A stretch of DNA of 64,000 nucleotides from assembly GCA_021613535.1 (NCBI GenBank), contig CP075495.1, forward strand, positions 15,004,001-15,068,000. Reading direction: 5' to 3'. Below, piece after piece: positions 10,905 through 23,807 of the stretch. The position numbers and the translations under genes were made by a program. This DNA comes from Adineta vaga. Taxonomy: Eukaryota; Animalia; Rotifera. The notes below the pieces were generated by a model that was not told the origin of the DNA, did no database searches, and saw nothing but the letters and a program-made list of their open reading frames with translations. Position 1 is the first letter of the stretch. Each line of letters starts with the position of its first letter.

Positions 10905-12851
10905 ATGGTTCAGTTTACGATCCTTTTCTCACATAGCAAGACTAAAGAGTATGAAGTCGATGAAGAAGTATGTATAAGTTTAAAATATGTTGACATATAC
11001 ACATAGTTGATTGATTATTGTACATTGTAGATGACCATTCGACAGTTCAAAGAACGTCTTTACAAAGAACTAGATATACCAGTCGACCAACAAAGCCTAA
11101 TATTTAAAGGCAAAGTTTTAGGAGATAATATGAAATTTACTGATATTGGTATGATATTGTTAGTTAAAATTAATTAAAGAGTAGTAATTATATATTCAAT
11201 AGATGCGCAAAATAGTACGATTCATGTTATTGAACGTATCAATTCAATACCATCATCGACAGAAAATGTGGCTACTTCTACGGTGACTGTTGGAGCATTT
11301 GCTTCTGCTAGCAAAGATGACGGTAAAGACGTGCGCCATAATCTTCTTGATGTAGTTCTACTGATAATATAGAGATTTGATGATAGCTAAACTGTCCAGA
11401 TGTGAGTTGAAAACGTTAAAAGAAGAGTTTTAATGCGTTGATATTGACATCCTTGCAAGTTTCTTGTTTTGATGAATTGTCGCTGGAAACTTACGATTTT
11501 GAACGTCCTTAATCATTTTTTGTGTCGACTAATCAAGAATTTAAAACGCATGAGAATCATTTTAACTAATTTATTTGATTAATTCATCGGTGATCTTCTG
11601 AAATTTAAAAAAGAGCAAGCTCTGTTGAAAGATTATTATTTTAACTTTCCAAACATTGACCATGGCATGACGGCAGATTTAGCAACCGCAGAAGATTTTA
11701 CGAAGAAATTACTTGGCGATTTACCTCCAGGAGATTCTGTGAATAAAAGTACTCTTTATCATGTTATAAATAAATTAATCGGAAATAAAAATCAGCCATG
11801 TCTATTTTATGATTCTTCGAAAGGTATGCGTCTTCATGATACAACTATTCATTTAACGGATATCAATTGTGAAGACAAACCGATTGTATTAACATTGAAA
11901 AGTTTTTACGGATTACGAGGTTATGAAAATAGTAGAAATGATGTGGAACTCATTCAGCTATTAAATAAATACATTAAGAATAACTATCTACATCCAATTC
12001 TCGATGACATATTAGAACGTTTATCAAAAGCGCATAGCATTGCTAAAAGTCAAGTTTCAATCAAACAGATATTTCTCGGTTCAACTAATGTAGTTTATAC
12101 CGTATCATGTTTAACCGAAGATTTTGTGAACCAATTACAGGATTTATCAGATAGATTAAGAGAAGAATTTGATGAATTCGAAAGTGCAAGAATTCACCCA
12201 CTTTTATATCGACCATCCTTCGATATCAACTGTTTCGACGAACGTGGTGATAAATGTTATGGGCAGACACAGGCCAGTTTTCAAGTAGGTCCACCTCAAC
12301 GTGAAAAAACTTATAAAACGCCAGTTGGCTGGACAAGATTCGGCTTAAAAGTATTGGACAAATATGAAGATCGTACATGGCTACATCCATTCCATGATCC
12401 TGGAAATTGGTACAGAGCTTTCCATGGAACAGGTCGTGTAACTTCTGCGGATTTCAACAATACAGCAGCTACTTCTAATAGTGAATTTGCACCTGTAGAT
12501 GCTATGGCTAGTATTTTCAGAAATGGATTCCGTGTGGCTAGAATAGCTGCCTATGGACCAGGAGTTTACTGTTCACCAGATCCAGCATTTTCCGAAAATG
12601 GATATGTGGGTATAGTGACAATTCTAACTCAGCAAGGAGAAAAAAGATTTAAATGTATGTTACAAGTAGCTGTTAATCCCGATGGTTTAGAAACTACTAG
12701 CCATTCAGGAATCTGGGTTGTTCCAGAACCAGAAAACATTCGACCATATGGTATATTGATTAAGAAAGCAGAAGGAAACGTGCTTCTCCCAGAAGATATT
12801 CCTGATCCTTTTATAATTGTTCGGTCAGCGTTTCAATGGCTTTTCTCATAG
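10905..12851 (+). CDS. Ubiquitin-like domain + NEURL4/PARP-like ADP-ribosyltransferase domain protein, copy A
   Basis: Three short 5' exons encode a Ubl (MVQFTIL...EVDEE|MTIRQFKERLYKELDIPVDQQSLIFKGKVLGDNMKFTDI|DAQNSTIHVI). The last exon has FHGT, YGPGVYCSP, MLQVAVNP and IRPYGILIK. The splice acceptor near 11589 is uncertain. Confidence 0.7.
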
Positions 12852-13829
12852 TGCTTAACAAGACAAAATTTGAAGAAGACGATTGACTGCACGATTTCTC
12901 CGATGCCTATTTTTGTTTCTAATCCAATAAAACATATAATATAACTAAATATTTTGATCTGAAACTAACACTGTATTCATTGATGCTTGTTTCAACATTT
13001 AAAGTCGTTAGTAAAGTAGTGTACCTATATTCTGTTTAGAAAACTACGACGAAAAAGAGATATAAGTGTCTGTTAAATAATGCAGAGACACACTAACACA
13101 AGCAAATTTAGATACGAAAGTTCATTAATATTGTTGATCAGTACGAAATGCAAATAGTTTGTTTTAGACGAACAGATTTATTTAAAACATATATGTGACT
13201 GCTAAAAGATAAAAAAATCGATATACTTTTATGTCATTTTATAATCATTGAGGGTAATATTTACAACTGAGAGAGATTTTGCATCATAAATAAATTTGAA
13301 TAAACAAATCGGGACAAATTTTTGTCTTGAGCTGATGAATTCTAATTACTTTTTTCTGTTAGATGAATCGAATGAATCGAACATTTGCTGTTCTCACCCT
13401 ATTCAATTGTGAAAGAGATGCTTTTAACGATATCTATGACGATATCGTTCTATCGGTTTTTCTTGGTTATTCTCTTTCTTTCATCTATATATATATATCT
13501 TATATATTTGTTCTCTTTTTGTTGATTGCACATATATAAATGCGTGTTTCTGTCTGTAAAAGATGCGGTTTAAGAAGAAGAAAGAAATAAATGCGTAGTT
13601 CCGTCGGCCCGTGCGTCTCTTCCATCAAAAATCGTCACAATGCTTTTCGATCTTATTGCTTTCATCAGAACCCTATAACCATAATTAACGCTCTTAATTC
13701 GTTTTTTATTGTTTATAGATGATGTGAAAAAAAGCTCGAAAGCAATGATTTAGAGAAATATTTATTTTTGGTCATTTATTCTTACACATTTACCTTCACT
13801 ACACACAACGCTAGTTATACAATATAAAA

Positions 13830-14434
13830 ATGGTTATAGCAAACGGTCTTTATATTATCTGGCTCGATAAACATATCGGAGTAACAGGCAATTATTTGGA
13901 TTTTAAAGAACGATTTAAATCTAATCTTCAAGCAATAGCTAACATGCTACCAAATGGAATCAATGAACTTATATATTATTTTGAAAACAATGTCGCTCCA
14001 ATTCATTTTGTATCGACATCTGAGGACGCATTGGCTTTGATTCAATATCATCCGGTGCACTTGGGAAAGAAATTATTCCTACGATTGTTCCGAAGTATCC
14101 ACATGTTCAATCTTATTATATTTTTTGTCTAAATATGGTACATATGAGTGAATGGATTTTAGAATCTGGTTATGAATCTATAATGCAAATGTTTGATCAT
14201 GAAACGGATCTTCTTCTTGCATTGGTTCGTGATACATCAAAGGATATTATTAAATTAGGTGAAAGTTATATGCAAGTCAACGATGGAAAAAACGCTCGTA
14301 AATGTTTTGTGACAGCTGAAACATTGGAAATGCAAGCAAATACGATCAATATATGTCGTGCACCACTGATGACTCGTTTACAATTGCTTCAAGGAGAGAA
14401 TGGACTTATTGCACAAGCACGTCAACTGCAGTAG
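13830..14434 (+). pseudogene. Receiver-like protein, frameshifted copy A
   Basis: A 28-bp deletion at about 14050, relative to the intact 29372-30007 copy, splits the ORF in two. Confidence 0.85.
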
Positions 14435-14963
14435 TAAAACTTGTTATGATCGCACACATAAAACATAATTTACCATTAGAATCAGATTTTTCGTGATGTT
14501 TTCTGACTACTGCAAGACTATAATTATTGCATTAAAAAATAAAATGACATGTTGCTCAATCAGTACATTTAATCACAAAAGTATATTGTATTTTGAGATT
14601 TTATGACTCATTCAGTATTATCATACACAATTGTCCTTGTATGACGTGCAAGTAAACGACGTAATATGACGATGCAAAGAAGAAAAAGGGAGAGAAATTA
14701 ATGTTTATGTTTTTGTTATACTTGTACTTTGATATAAATAATGTTACGGATGATCGATCATAATTCAATGATTGCGATAATTATCAACATACAATAAAGC
14801 AATTATTTTTGAATCTCATTATTTCACTCGAATTTATATACGAGCGTAAGTTAGATCGAAAGGTAAAATTTATCTTTAGCAAAATATACTGCGGATAAGA
14901 TTATTCTCTCGTTGTTTCATCCAACAGCTGTGATCTATTTTTAAAATACATTTTATATACATA

Positions 14964-16140
14964 ATGACGTCGAATGATCTAGGACATATAAGTAAATATA
15001 CATAATTTTGCGAACTATTTTGTATTCCAATATGACAATTATTCTTTAGACAATCTCAGTCGAGCACAAATCAATGCACTTCGACAAGCATGGAAAAGTT
15101 TAATTGAAGCTGTAAATAAGGAGATCTCATCGGGGAAACATATTGCTGATTCGATCTATGGTGATGAATTATTTCGTGCAATTGGTTATGATAATCCCGA
15201 TGTTCTTGTTTTACGATGGCTGCGTTCTCGTAAATGGGATGTTCAAGCTTGCGTTCATCAAATTATAGAAACATTGAAATGGCGACGTGATTGGGGTGTT
15301 CAAGAACTTGTTGCTAAAGGTGAACGAGGGATATCAGAAGAAGAGATTTCAACAAATAAAACATATTTTATGGGTCATGATAAAATGGGTCGACCAGTTT
15401 GTTGTATTCATCCAAAAGAACATATCAAAGGACAATTTCCTCATGAATTTAGTGAACGATTAACTGTTTTTTGTGTTGAAACCTATCGTAAATTACTTCA
15501 ACCACCTATCGAATCTGTGACAGTTATTTTTGATATGGCTGGATGTGAAACAAAAAATATGGATTTTCATCAAGTGAAATTTCTCATTCATTTACTTGAT
15601 AATTATTATCCTGATTCGCTTGCTCTTATTCTTATTGTCAATTTTCCTTGGCTTCTAGGTAAGAGTTGGACATTGATTAAATCGTGGTTGAATCCAACTG
15701 TACAAAAGAAAGTGAAATTTATTCATAGTAATGAAGAATTATTTGAATTTATTGATCCATCTGTTCTTCCAAAACGATTAAATGGTACTCAACCAGATTT
15801 CAAATATAAGCCACCAACAGATGAAGATAATGCCATGTATGCTGCTTTTCGTGCTGATACGGAAGGAAGAGCTTTAGCTGAAACAGCTCATCGAGATGCT
15901 GTTCGAAATTTTCTAGATTCAACATTACAATGGGCAAATGGTGATGAAACTCGTCGAGTATTATCTGAAAAACGAAAAGCACGAAAACAACTTCGAAATG
16001 CATTCGAACAATTATCACCTTATATAAGTACTCGTACTCACTATCATCGTGTTGGTGTGATTAAAGAACCTATTTTTGAACTTGCCTATGAACGATTAAA
16101 ACCAAAACAAAATGAACCATTAGGTTTAACATATTTTTAA
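14964..16140 (+). CDS. CRAL-TRIO/Sec14-family lipid-binding protein, copy A
   Basis: Exon 14964-14991 plus exon 15050-16140. Motifs: PDVLVLRWLRSRKWDV...LKWR, GHDKMGRPV, VIFDM, YYP and W-x-x-IKSWLNP-x-x-x-KKVKF. Confidence 0.9.
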
Positions 16141-16732
16141 ATTATGCTGCTTTTATTTCTGTTGAACATGATTTATTATATTTAAGATGTACAAAATATG
16201 ATACTGATCTAATAAAATCTACATAGAATTTTTTAATAGTAAAAGATACTTTTTTTTCTCTCAACAGACTATTTAACCTAGTCTAAGAGAACATGTGACA
16301 GGATATTAAATAACACAAAATAGATATATGACGTATAAAAATACTTGCCGATTTCTGTAAGACAATACGTTCATTGTTTAGTCATATTATCGTTAACACT
16401 AATCTAAAGACAATGACAGTTGACAACACCACTATAATTAACTTTTTTAGAATATATGCGAAACAAAGAATGTTGTCATATGAAATGCAATCAATATGAA
16501 AAGACAATTGAACAACTTCCTTTCGAGAATACCAATCTGTTTTCACTCAATTTTCATTCCAGTTTAATCTCTAGTTTAATGTACTGTTTTAGTAATTATG
16601 ATAAAATAATGATAATGATCAAGTCCTTAGTACGTCGCCTCACTTTCTTCAAGACTCAGTAGTCCTTATAGTGGAAAAAGTGAAAAAGTATAATAAATAG
16701 ATTCACCGAGGAATACTTCGCTTATCAAAATT

Positions 16733-17926
16733 CTACTTTATAAAGTAATAATTAGTACATATTTGCCACTTTTTTATTGCTTGCGTAGTTTTGATTCTTG
16801 AGGGTGTGGGTGCTGTTATATTACTACTGATATTATTTTCTAATTGTAACAATCCTGTGGAAGCCGTTGTATGTCTCGGTATTGTCTCCCTGATCGTGTT
16901 ATATGTTGTTGAGTTCTGCAAATTGAAACGTTCTACAAAATTTCAGCATGGCTCTGAACGCGTTCTTAATCCAACATTAGTTGTTGTTTCTAAAAGATTT
17001 GCGGTGACGTTGTTTGTAGTCGCACCATTATTACATCGAACAGTAAAGTGACAGTAACCACTGGGAAAACAACTCCAAATTATACTGATCACTGCGTACA
17101 GTAAATAGAATATTAAAAGCCCTAGAAAGAGTCAGTTTATAACATATCATAATTGATTGGAATCTTCAAAAACAGCAATAATTTGATTTTTAATCAAAAC
17201 TATACTCGGTTAGGAGATTCTCACCGATTGAAAATGACACAAGATAATGTAAAATGGTCAGTACTCATCTTTAATAAACGATTCGAAACTCAGTCCTAAT
17301 ATAAACGTGTTAGATGGTTCTGTTTTACCGGGTCATCTTTCAGTCGTCCGTCATTTCATTTCCCTGACATATTTTTCCAATAACAATTTTTCTCTAGAAA
17401 AAAAAAGATTCTGAAATTAGCATATAGATCGTGCTTTTCATGTTTCTTATGATTCAGACATAGAAATCTCAAGATTAAAAATATGTTTTTCTAAGTGGGT
17501 TGCACATCCACACCCTCACCCATATTGTGATTTAGAAGAAAACAAGAGAAAAGTAAATAACATACTGCCTTTCAAAAGTAAATAAATGAACGATAAAATC
17601 GAATTAGTACACGTTACTTGACATTAGCTCGATCATCTTTGCTGTGTCATAAGTCCGGTTCATATCGAATTGAATAGAAGAATAAGTAGTGGTCAGAAAT
17701 CTTTGTTGTTTTGTTCTCGTCGTCATCGTTGGTAACAGTTCTGTATCAAAGTTAGTTGAAGTAGGATCGTCGTCAGATTGACATAGTTGTTAGAGAAAAA
17801 CATTGACTAACAAATCTTTACTCTAGTAATAAATAGCACATATCTAAACATTCAATTACACACAACTTGCAGAAAAATATACGAAGAATGATTGATTGTG
17901 ATAAAACAGTAAGAAAGTTCTTTCAT
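16733..17926 (-). pseudogene. Possible degraded multi-exon membrane-protein gene (copy B about 32300-33500)
   Basis: Exon-like segments with a Cys-rich part (WSCFPSGYCHFTVRCNNG) are conserved in both copies. They carry stops and indels, and no continuous frame could be built. Confidence 0.25.
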
Positions 17927-19348
17927 TCTTTTAGCACACGTTTTATACTTTTCCTCGCTCTGTTAGATAAAATGATATTGATATTACCGAAAAAGGAACG
18001 GAAGGAAATCAATAGTCGTGTCGTCATAGTCGTTTTTTTCTGTTTTTTATTATGTTAAAAATGAAACTGTTGCTTTTCTTTTTTTAATTAAAATCTAACG
18101 TGAGAACTAGTATGAATACAACAGAATCATACGATGATCTCTTATATCTCAGTCTAAAGTTAGAGAAAAAAAGAGACTTTATTTCAAACGGTAATCAGAG
18201 GACTCAAAGCTCTACAATGTATAATATATGTCAAGAAAATATACTGTTAATGTATTGAAATTTCTTGTAATGTGGAACGATCTAAATATGTAGATGTAAA
18301 ACTAAATCATGTCTGCCTGTCGTTTTAGAATTAATTTAATTAGTTGGCGTACTTCGCGCACACGTATTGGCACTGGAATTCGGTTTTCACTTTACTGGTA
18401 ATTTTATATTTTTACAAGTCAGTATAACCAGTTTTGTAAAATGACGTCTTTTTCTTTTCTTATCGTTTAGTTTTTTTAACAATGAGTACAAGATTTCGAA
18501 TTGACAGTGTTGAACATGTCAAGTGATAAGTATTGATGCAAAACTTTGATACTGCCAATACAAGAAATGTTAAAACAGATAAATAAAATTTCCCGATATA
18601 GAGCATGAAACTGAATTAGACATCATCGATGCAAATAATGGACACACCCACACCCTTAATTAATATTAGTTTCGAAAACATGCAATTACGGTGAGCTGAC
18701 CTCATAATTTCATTCAAATTCTAAAAGTGTGTGTTATTGTGCGCTTTTGAACTTTTTTGCGTATTTATATTTAAAGTTGTCAACTAAATGTAATTCTTTC
18801 AAAAGAAAGGACAATACTTCCGATGATTATCATTGAAGTATGAATAGAAAAGAAAGTAGGTTGGAAAAACCTTATTTTTTCTTGATATTAATAACAAGGA
18901 ATTATTTTATATCTATCTATTCTATTTTATTATTAAAAAATATAAACTATAGATGAAAAGAAATCGTTTTTTTGTTTTCAAGGTTTAATTATACACAAAT
19001 GCTATTAATAATTTGATGATTTTCACTAAACATTTAGATATACAGAAACAAATACATATCAGCCTTTTTTTTTCTGTTCTGCTATTCAACATAGGATATG
19101 ACAAACACTTTTTCGTCGTTCTTTTTCGTCACATGGTAAGTCAAAACATATTCTTCAATTAAGATAATATGCTTGAATAGCCAAGCGTTTTTCTATATTT
19201 AATAAACATGCATTTAATGAACGAAAAGTGCCATTCTTAAAAATCATTTCTTGTATCGTCGGAAACGATTGTTACATTCATTCATGTATCTTTTGTTGAA
19301 GGTCTTTCTTTTTGTTTCTTTGAAGACTTGTAACAATTATCAGACATC

Positions 19349-19840
19349 ATGCTGACTGTCAATACAATTAAACCAGGAACTGTTTTCGCATGGTTTATGT
19401 TAATGATGATAATACGACGTATAGTTTTACTGCTTGTTGCTGGCTTTTCAGGATGGAATCGACCATTTCAACCAGATACTCGAGTACCTGAAGATAAAAT
19501 TTTGAAAAGAGATCAAATCGAACCATCAAATAGTACAATAAATCCAGTAGTTTTTACAAAAGATATTCGTGTTAATAAAACAATTGGCAATGATTCAGAA
19601 AATGATACATACTTCATCATTCTTCTATTCGCTACAGCCGTTTTCTCTGATACTGTCAGTGGTGATTGTACAAGAACGATTATATACGGAGTTATTTATC
19701 TATTTTTTCGTATAATTTATGCCATTACATATATTTTAGCATTACAACCATGGCGAACAATTGCGTATATTTTTGGTTTAGCTTGTACATTAGCTTGTAG
19801 TTTAGATTTAGTGATTACATTATCACGTCGAACATATTGA
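19349..19840 (+). CDS. MAPEG-family membrane protein, copy B
   Basis: Identical to the 3523 protein except one G>C substitution. Confidence 0.8.
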   Translation: MLTVNTIKPGTVFAWFMLMMIIRRIVLLLVAGFSGWNRPFQPDTRVPEDKILKRDQIEPSNSTINPVVFTKDIRVNKTIGNDSENDTYFIILLFATAVFSDTVSGDCTRTIIYGVIYLFFRIIYAITYILALQPWRTIAYIFGLACTLACSLDLVITLSRRTY

Positions 19841-20169
19841 TCAATAACGAATTGAAAGTTATTGAATTTGTGATAGATGTATAATAATCAAGCTTTAATG
19901 AAATAAAAGATCATATTATAATGTTTGAATCATTGTTTTTATTAGGATGAGAGTTTAGGCAAAGATGGAGGAGAGACACCATAACAAGTAACGAACGAAT
20001 CAATGAGAATTTAATTTTTGACATTAAATACCATACTAAGATTCGTATCTTCTAAAACAAAGAATTATATTGAAAAAAAAGTCAATTTATTGAGATATTT
20101 AAAATAAATCATTTTCATATGAGAAAGAATCAAATATAGTTATTTTTGAAAATAATAATGAACATTTTG

Positions 20170-21564
20170 TTATTCAACAGAAACTATTGTTCTTTTTATT
20201 TTCGTTGGTTGTGATCGATAAAGACTTGCAATAAAAAGCAATGCAAATAATGCTGCATATTCAATCAAGTCAGGTGGTACTAGAAATTCATGATAATAAT
20301 AATAACCGAAAATAACCAGTGGTACAAATGAATAAATATAATGATATATAATAAGAAGAACAATATTGATCAACAACCATGTTGAAAAAAGATAAATTTT
20401 TCGAGTAGTTTTGAATAATTTGTCAACACTTTCAACAGCAATTTCACGTCCTGTACCCATTAATAATATCAAAAACATTGTTGACGAGATATATTGTTGT
20501 CTTATTTTTCTATCCATATCACCGTGTATGAACACAAAAATAGGTGGTAAAATATAAAGAACCAAGATAATAATAGTGCGGAGCCATTGAATTTTGAATG
20601 AAGAGTATAGATACTTAACGTCCCTAATCATAATTTCATATGAAGCACCAAGAAAAGGTAGAGAAACTTCATGATCTCGAAAATTATGCCAAGGTTGCCA
20701 ATCATTTTCATCTGAAATAACATTTAATATTCAGACAAAAAATGGTAAAATAATTTGAAATCATCGAATATGATTAAAACAGTTTCTCATTGTATTTCGC
20801 ATTTCTTTTACTTATAATATTTCTATAGTCAAAACAGTTTTGTTACTAATCTTACCTAGACATTTGAATGGTTCATTAATTACAAATAAGATAAAAAATA
20901 AATCATAATACAGTGTCCAAGGTGGACGAATCCACGTAATAAACATAAATTTTTTGCTGTTATAATAAGCATATGAACTAAACATAATCAATAGACTACA
21001 ACTTAATAATTTCTTTTTCCGTCTTTTAATTTGATTATGTTCAATAGATCGAATCCATCGTTCAATAAACAATGACCAACATAAAATAATGAACGAAAAT
21101 GTTTGATTATGAAAACTAATAAGCATACCAAGAATGGCAATTATCATCATGAAATAATCCATTTGATACAAACTGCATAGTTTAATTGCTGAGAGAAGAA
21201 ATGTTATCCATGCATGTGATAATGAACGAGAAAAAGCCACAAGAGATGCGTAACTTGTTGTATAATAAAGCATAATATTATAAATTCGATCTTTGTAATC
21301 AATAGATCTATATGTATGATGTAGTTGAATGTAGAGTAAAATATCTGTGAGTATGGTGAAGATGAAAACAGCAATATAGTCATCTTAATATAAAAAGAAC
21401 AATATTATGTATGATTATACATAAGAGTATTGAAAATGTTCCGTATCATTCTGCTTGTAAAAATACTACGCATTACCTTTATCATTCACATATCCATTGT
21501 AAAAATGAGCCACTAAAAGGCGAATAATAATAACAATAAAATAACTAATACATAAGCACTTCAT
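20170..21564 (-). CDS. Unknown multi-pass membrane protein, copy B
   Basis: Same exons as 4344-5741; the ORF-track translations are identical. Confidence 0.65.
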
Positions 21565-22092
21565 GTTAGAGACCAGTTGTTTTTTTGTATGAAACGAAAT
21601 GTCGATCATCAGCATATATACGAGAAAGTAACAAAGATGTGTTTATTCCGTGCAAATAACCATGCATACACATGTATGCAGATAGTGAACAATTCCTTAG
21701 ACAAATATATTTATCATACGATTAAAATCATGTCCGTCATTGTCACATTTCGAGCAGAAGGTCATTGAGAGGTTACATGCTTCATTTCTTCATTTACGAT
21801 GAAGAGTTAACCAACAAAATCTGTGCGAACATACGATGATTGCTGATATTCACACAAACGTACTGTAAGAAAGGTGAGATGCATTTTAAAATTATCACAT
21901 TTAAGCTGGTATGAGTTTATTATCTATATGACTAGTTAAATGAATGAATATCTGTTACAAAAGAATAAAAGGTTTTAAATCATAATTGTCCTCCGTAATC
22001 GTTCAAAGATTGATTAAAATGTTTTATTAAGTCGTCTCTAAATGAAAAGAAAAGAACTTAGAATTTCAAGAACACACTATCAGTAAAAATAA

Positions 22093-22613
22093 TTACTTAT
22101 GTACGTAATACAGTTTAAAACATATAATCAATAAAATGATTGTTATCCAGAAAATGTCATAGATAACACAGCAGACCATTGATGTTATTTTAATTCCGGT
22201 AACGCAACATATGATGAAAATAAACAGAGAAATGGCTATCAAAGCTAAAAAGAATGGTAAATATCCGATCGAATCCTTCACATATGTAAAAGCCTAAAAA
22301 AACATGAACAATATGAATTTAATCATTAATTTATATATCCAATAATTACATAAAAAGCCACTGCTGTTGTACCCATTGATGTGCCAGCACGAGTAAATTC
22401 AAATCGAAAATCCATTGAAAACTTTGAAGAAAATCTTAACTTTCTTAAGATACTGTATCCTACTTGTCCTTAATTAGAACACATTGTGAATTGGTATCCA
22501 TTGTCTTCCAAAATGTTGTTTTCCATTCGTTCAATTTTCGTTTGTGTTTTCAATAGATTCGACTGATAGATGGTGCTGGTATTTGTATATATATTTCGAA
22601 TGTACTTTTTAAA
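22093..22613 (-). pseudogene. Small membrane-protein gene, copy B (one fewer stop than copy A)
   Basis: CGA at 22406-22404 where copy A has TGA (6583-6581). The upstream TAA is shared. Confidence 0.45.
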
Positions 22614-23193
22614 CTACTGTTAATTATCGGTTCTTTTATCAATTAACAAAGAGAAATTAATGAATCCATCAAGTCTTTTTTTCCAAGATTGTTTTTGTAT
22701 TTAATTATAGACAACTTTTATCAATAGTTTGTCACTAAATAGGTGACGCAGAACAAATATACAATTATTGATTATTTTTTTTTCATTTCGCATATTTTAT
22801 TATGTTTTTCGTTCTTTCAGTCATATAGTAAATCAGTGTATTCTGTAATTTAGGTGTTTTGTCTCAATATCTAATCAGTTATTTTTCCTCGTGTTTTTTG
22901 TGTGAATAAATGTGACCAATAAAGATTCGAGTGATTTAATCATAAAATGATAAATGATCAGTTCGATTGGATATAACTCCTTGAAGAAAATATTAACTAG
23001 ATTTGATTTCATATAATTTCGATTTTATTCGATGAAAAATAAATCCGAAAAAAAAGAATAATTCCTCCATTGTTGGAAACGAGTGTTCATGTCTTTTTGT
23101 TGAAGGTCACCTTTTTCAAATAGAAAGAACTTAAAAAGAGAATGTAACTACAAATTTATTTTCTTTAAAGACTTGTAGCAATTATCAGAAATC

Positions 23194-23618
23194 ATGGTGA
23201 CTGTCAATACAATTCGATCAGGAACTGTTTTCGCATGGTTTATGTTAATGATGTTATTAAGACGTATAGTTTTGCTGCTTGTTGCAGGCTTTTCAGAATG
23301 GAATCGACCATTTCCACCAGATACTCGAGTACCTGAAGATAAAATTTTGAAAAGAGATCAAATAATTCGAAAGATGTTTATGTTAATAAAATAATTGAGA
23401 ATGATACATATTTCATTATTCTTCTATTCGCTACGGCCGTTTTTTTCTGATATATTGTCAGTGGTAATTGTACAAGAACGATTATAAACGGAATTATTTA
23501 TTTTGTTTTTTCGTATGATTTGTACCATTACGTATATTTTAACATTACAACCATAGCGAACAATTTCGTATATGTTTGGTTTAGCTTGTAGTTTAGATTT
23601 AGTTATTACATTATCACT
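23194..23618 (+). pseudogene. Degraded MAPEG paralog, copy B
   Basis: Same lesions as 7371-7795. Confidence 0.85.
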
Positions 23619-23807
23619 GACTAAATATATAATTTTCTAATCATTGAATGATTGTATTTTTAATTCGTTGTTTCTCTCCTTTTTTTTCTTCGTTTTCCTC
23701 GTGGTAAATGATTGAGTAACAAGTGCTGTAAATATTCATTGAAGCGTATCATAGAAACGTGAACGAATATGTAAATCGTTTTTATTTATTAAATTTATAT
23801 TAACGAT

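Larger units (their letters stand above)
2594..18398 (+). repeat. Tandem segmental duplication, copy A (about 15.8 kb)
   Basis: taattttatatttttacaagtcagtataacc begins at both 2594 and 18399. ggaattcggttttcactttactggt ends at both 18399 and 33978. All genes recur in the same order. Confidence 0.95.
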
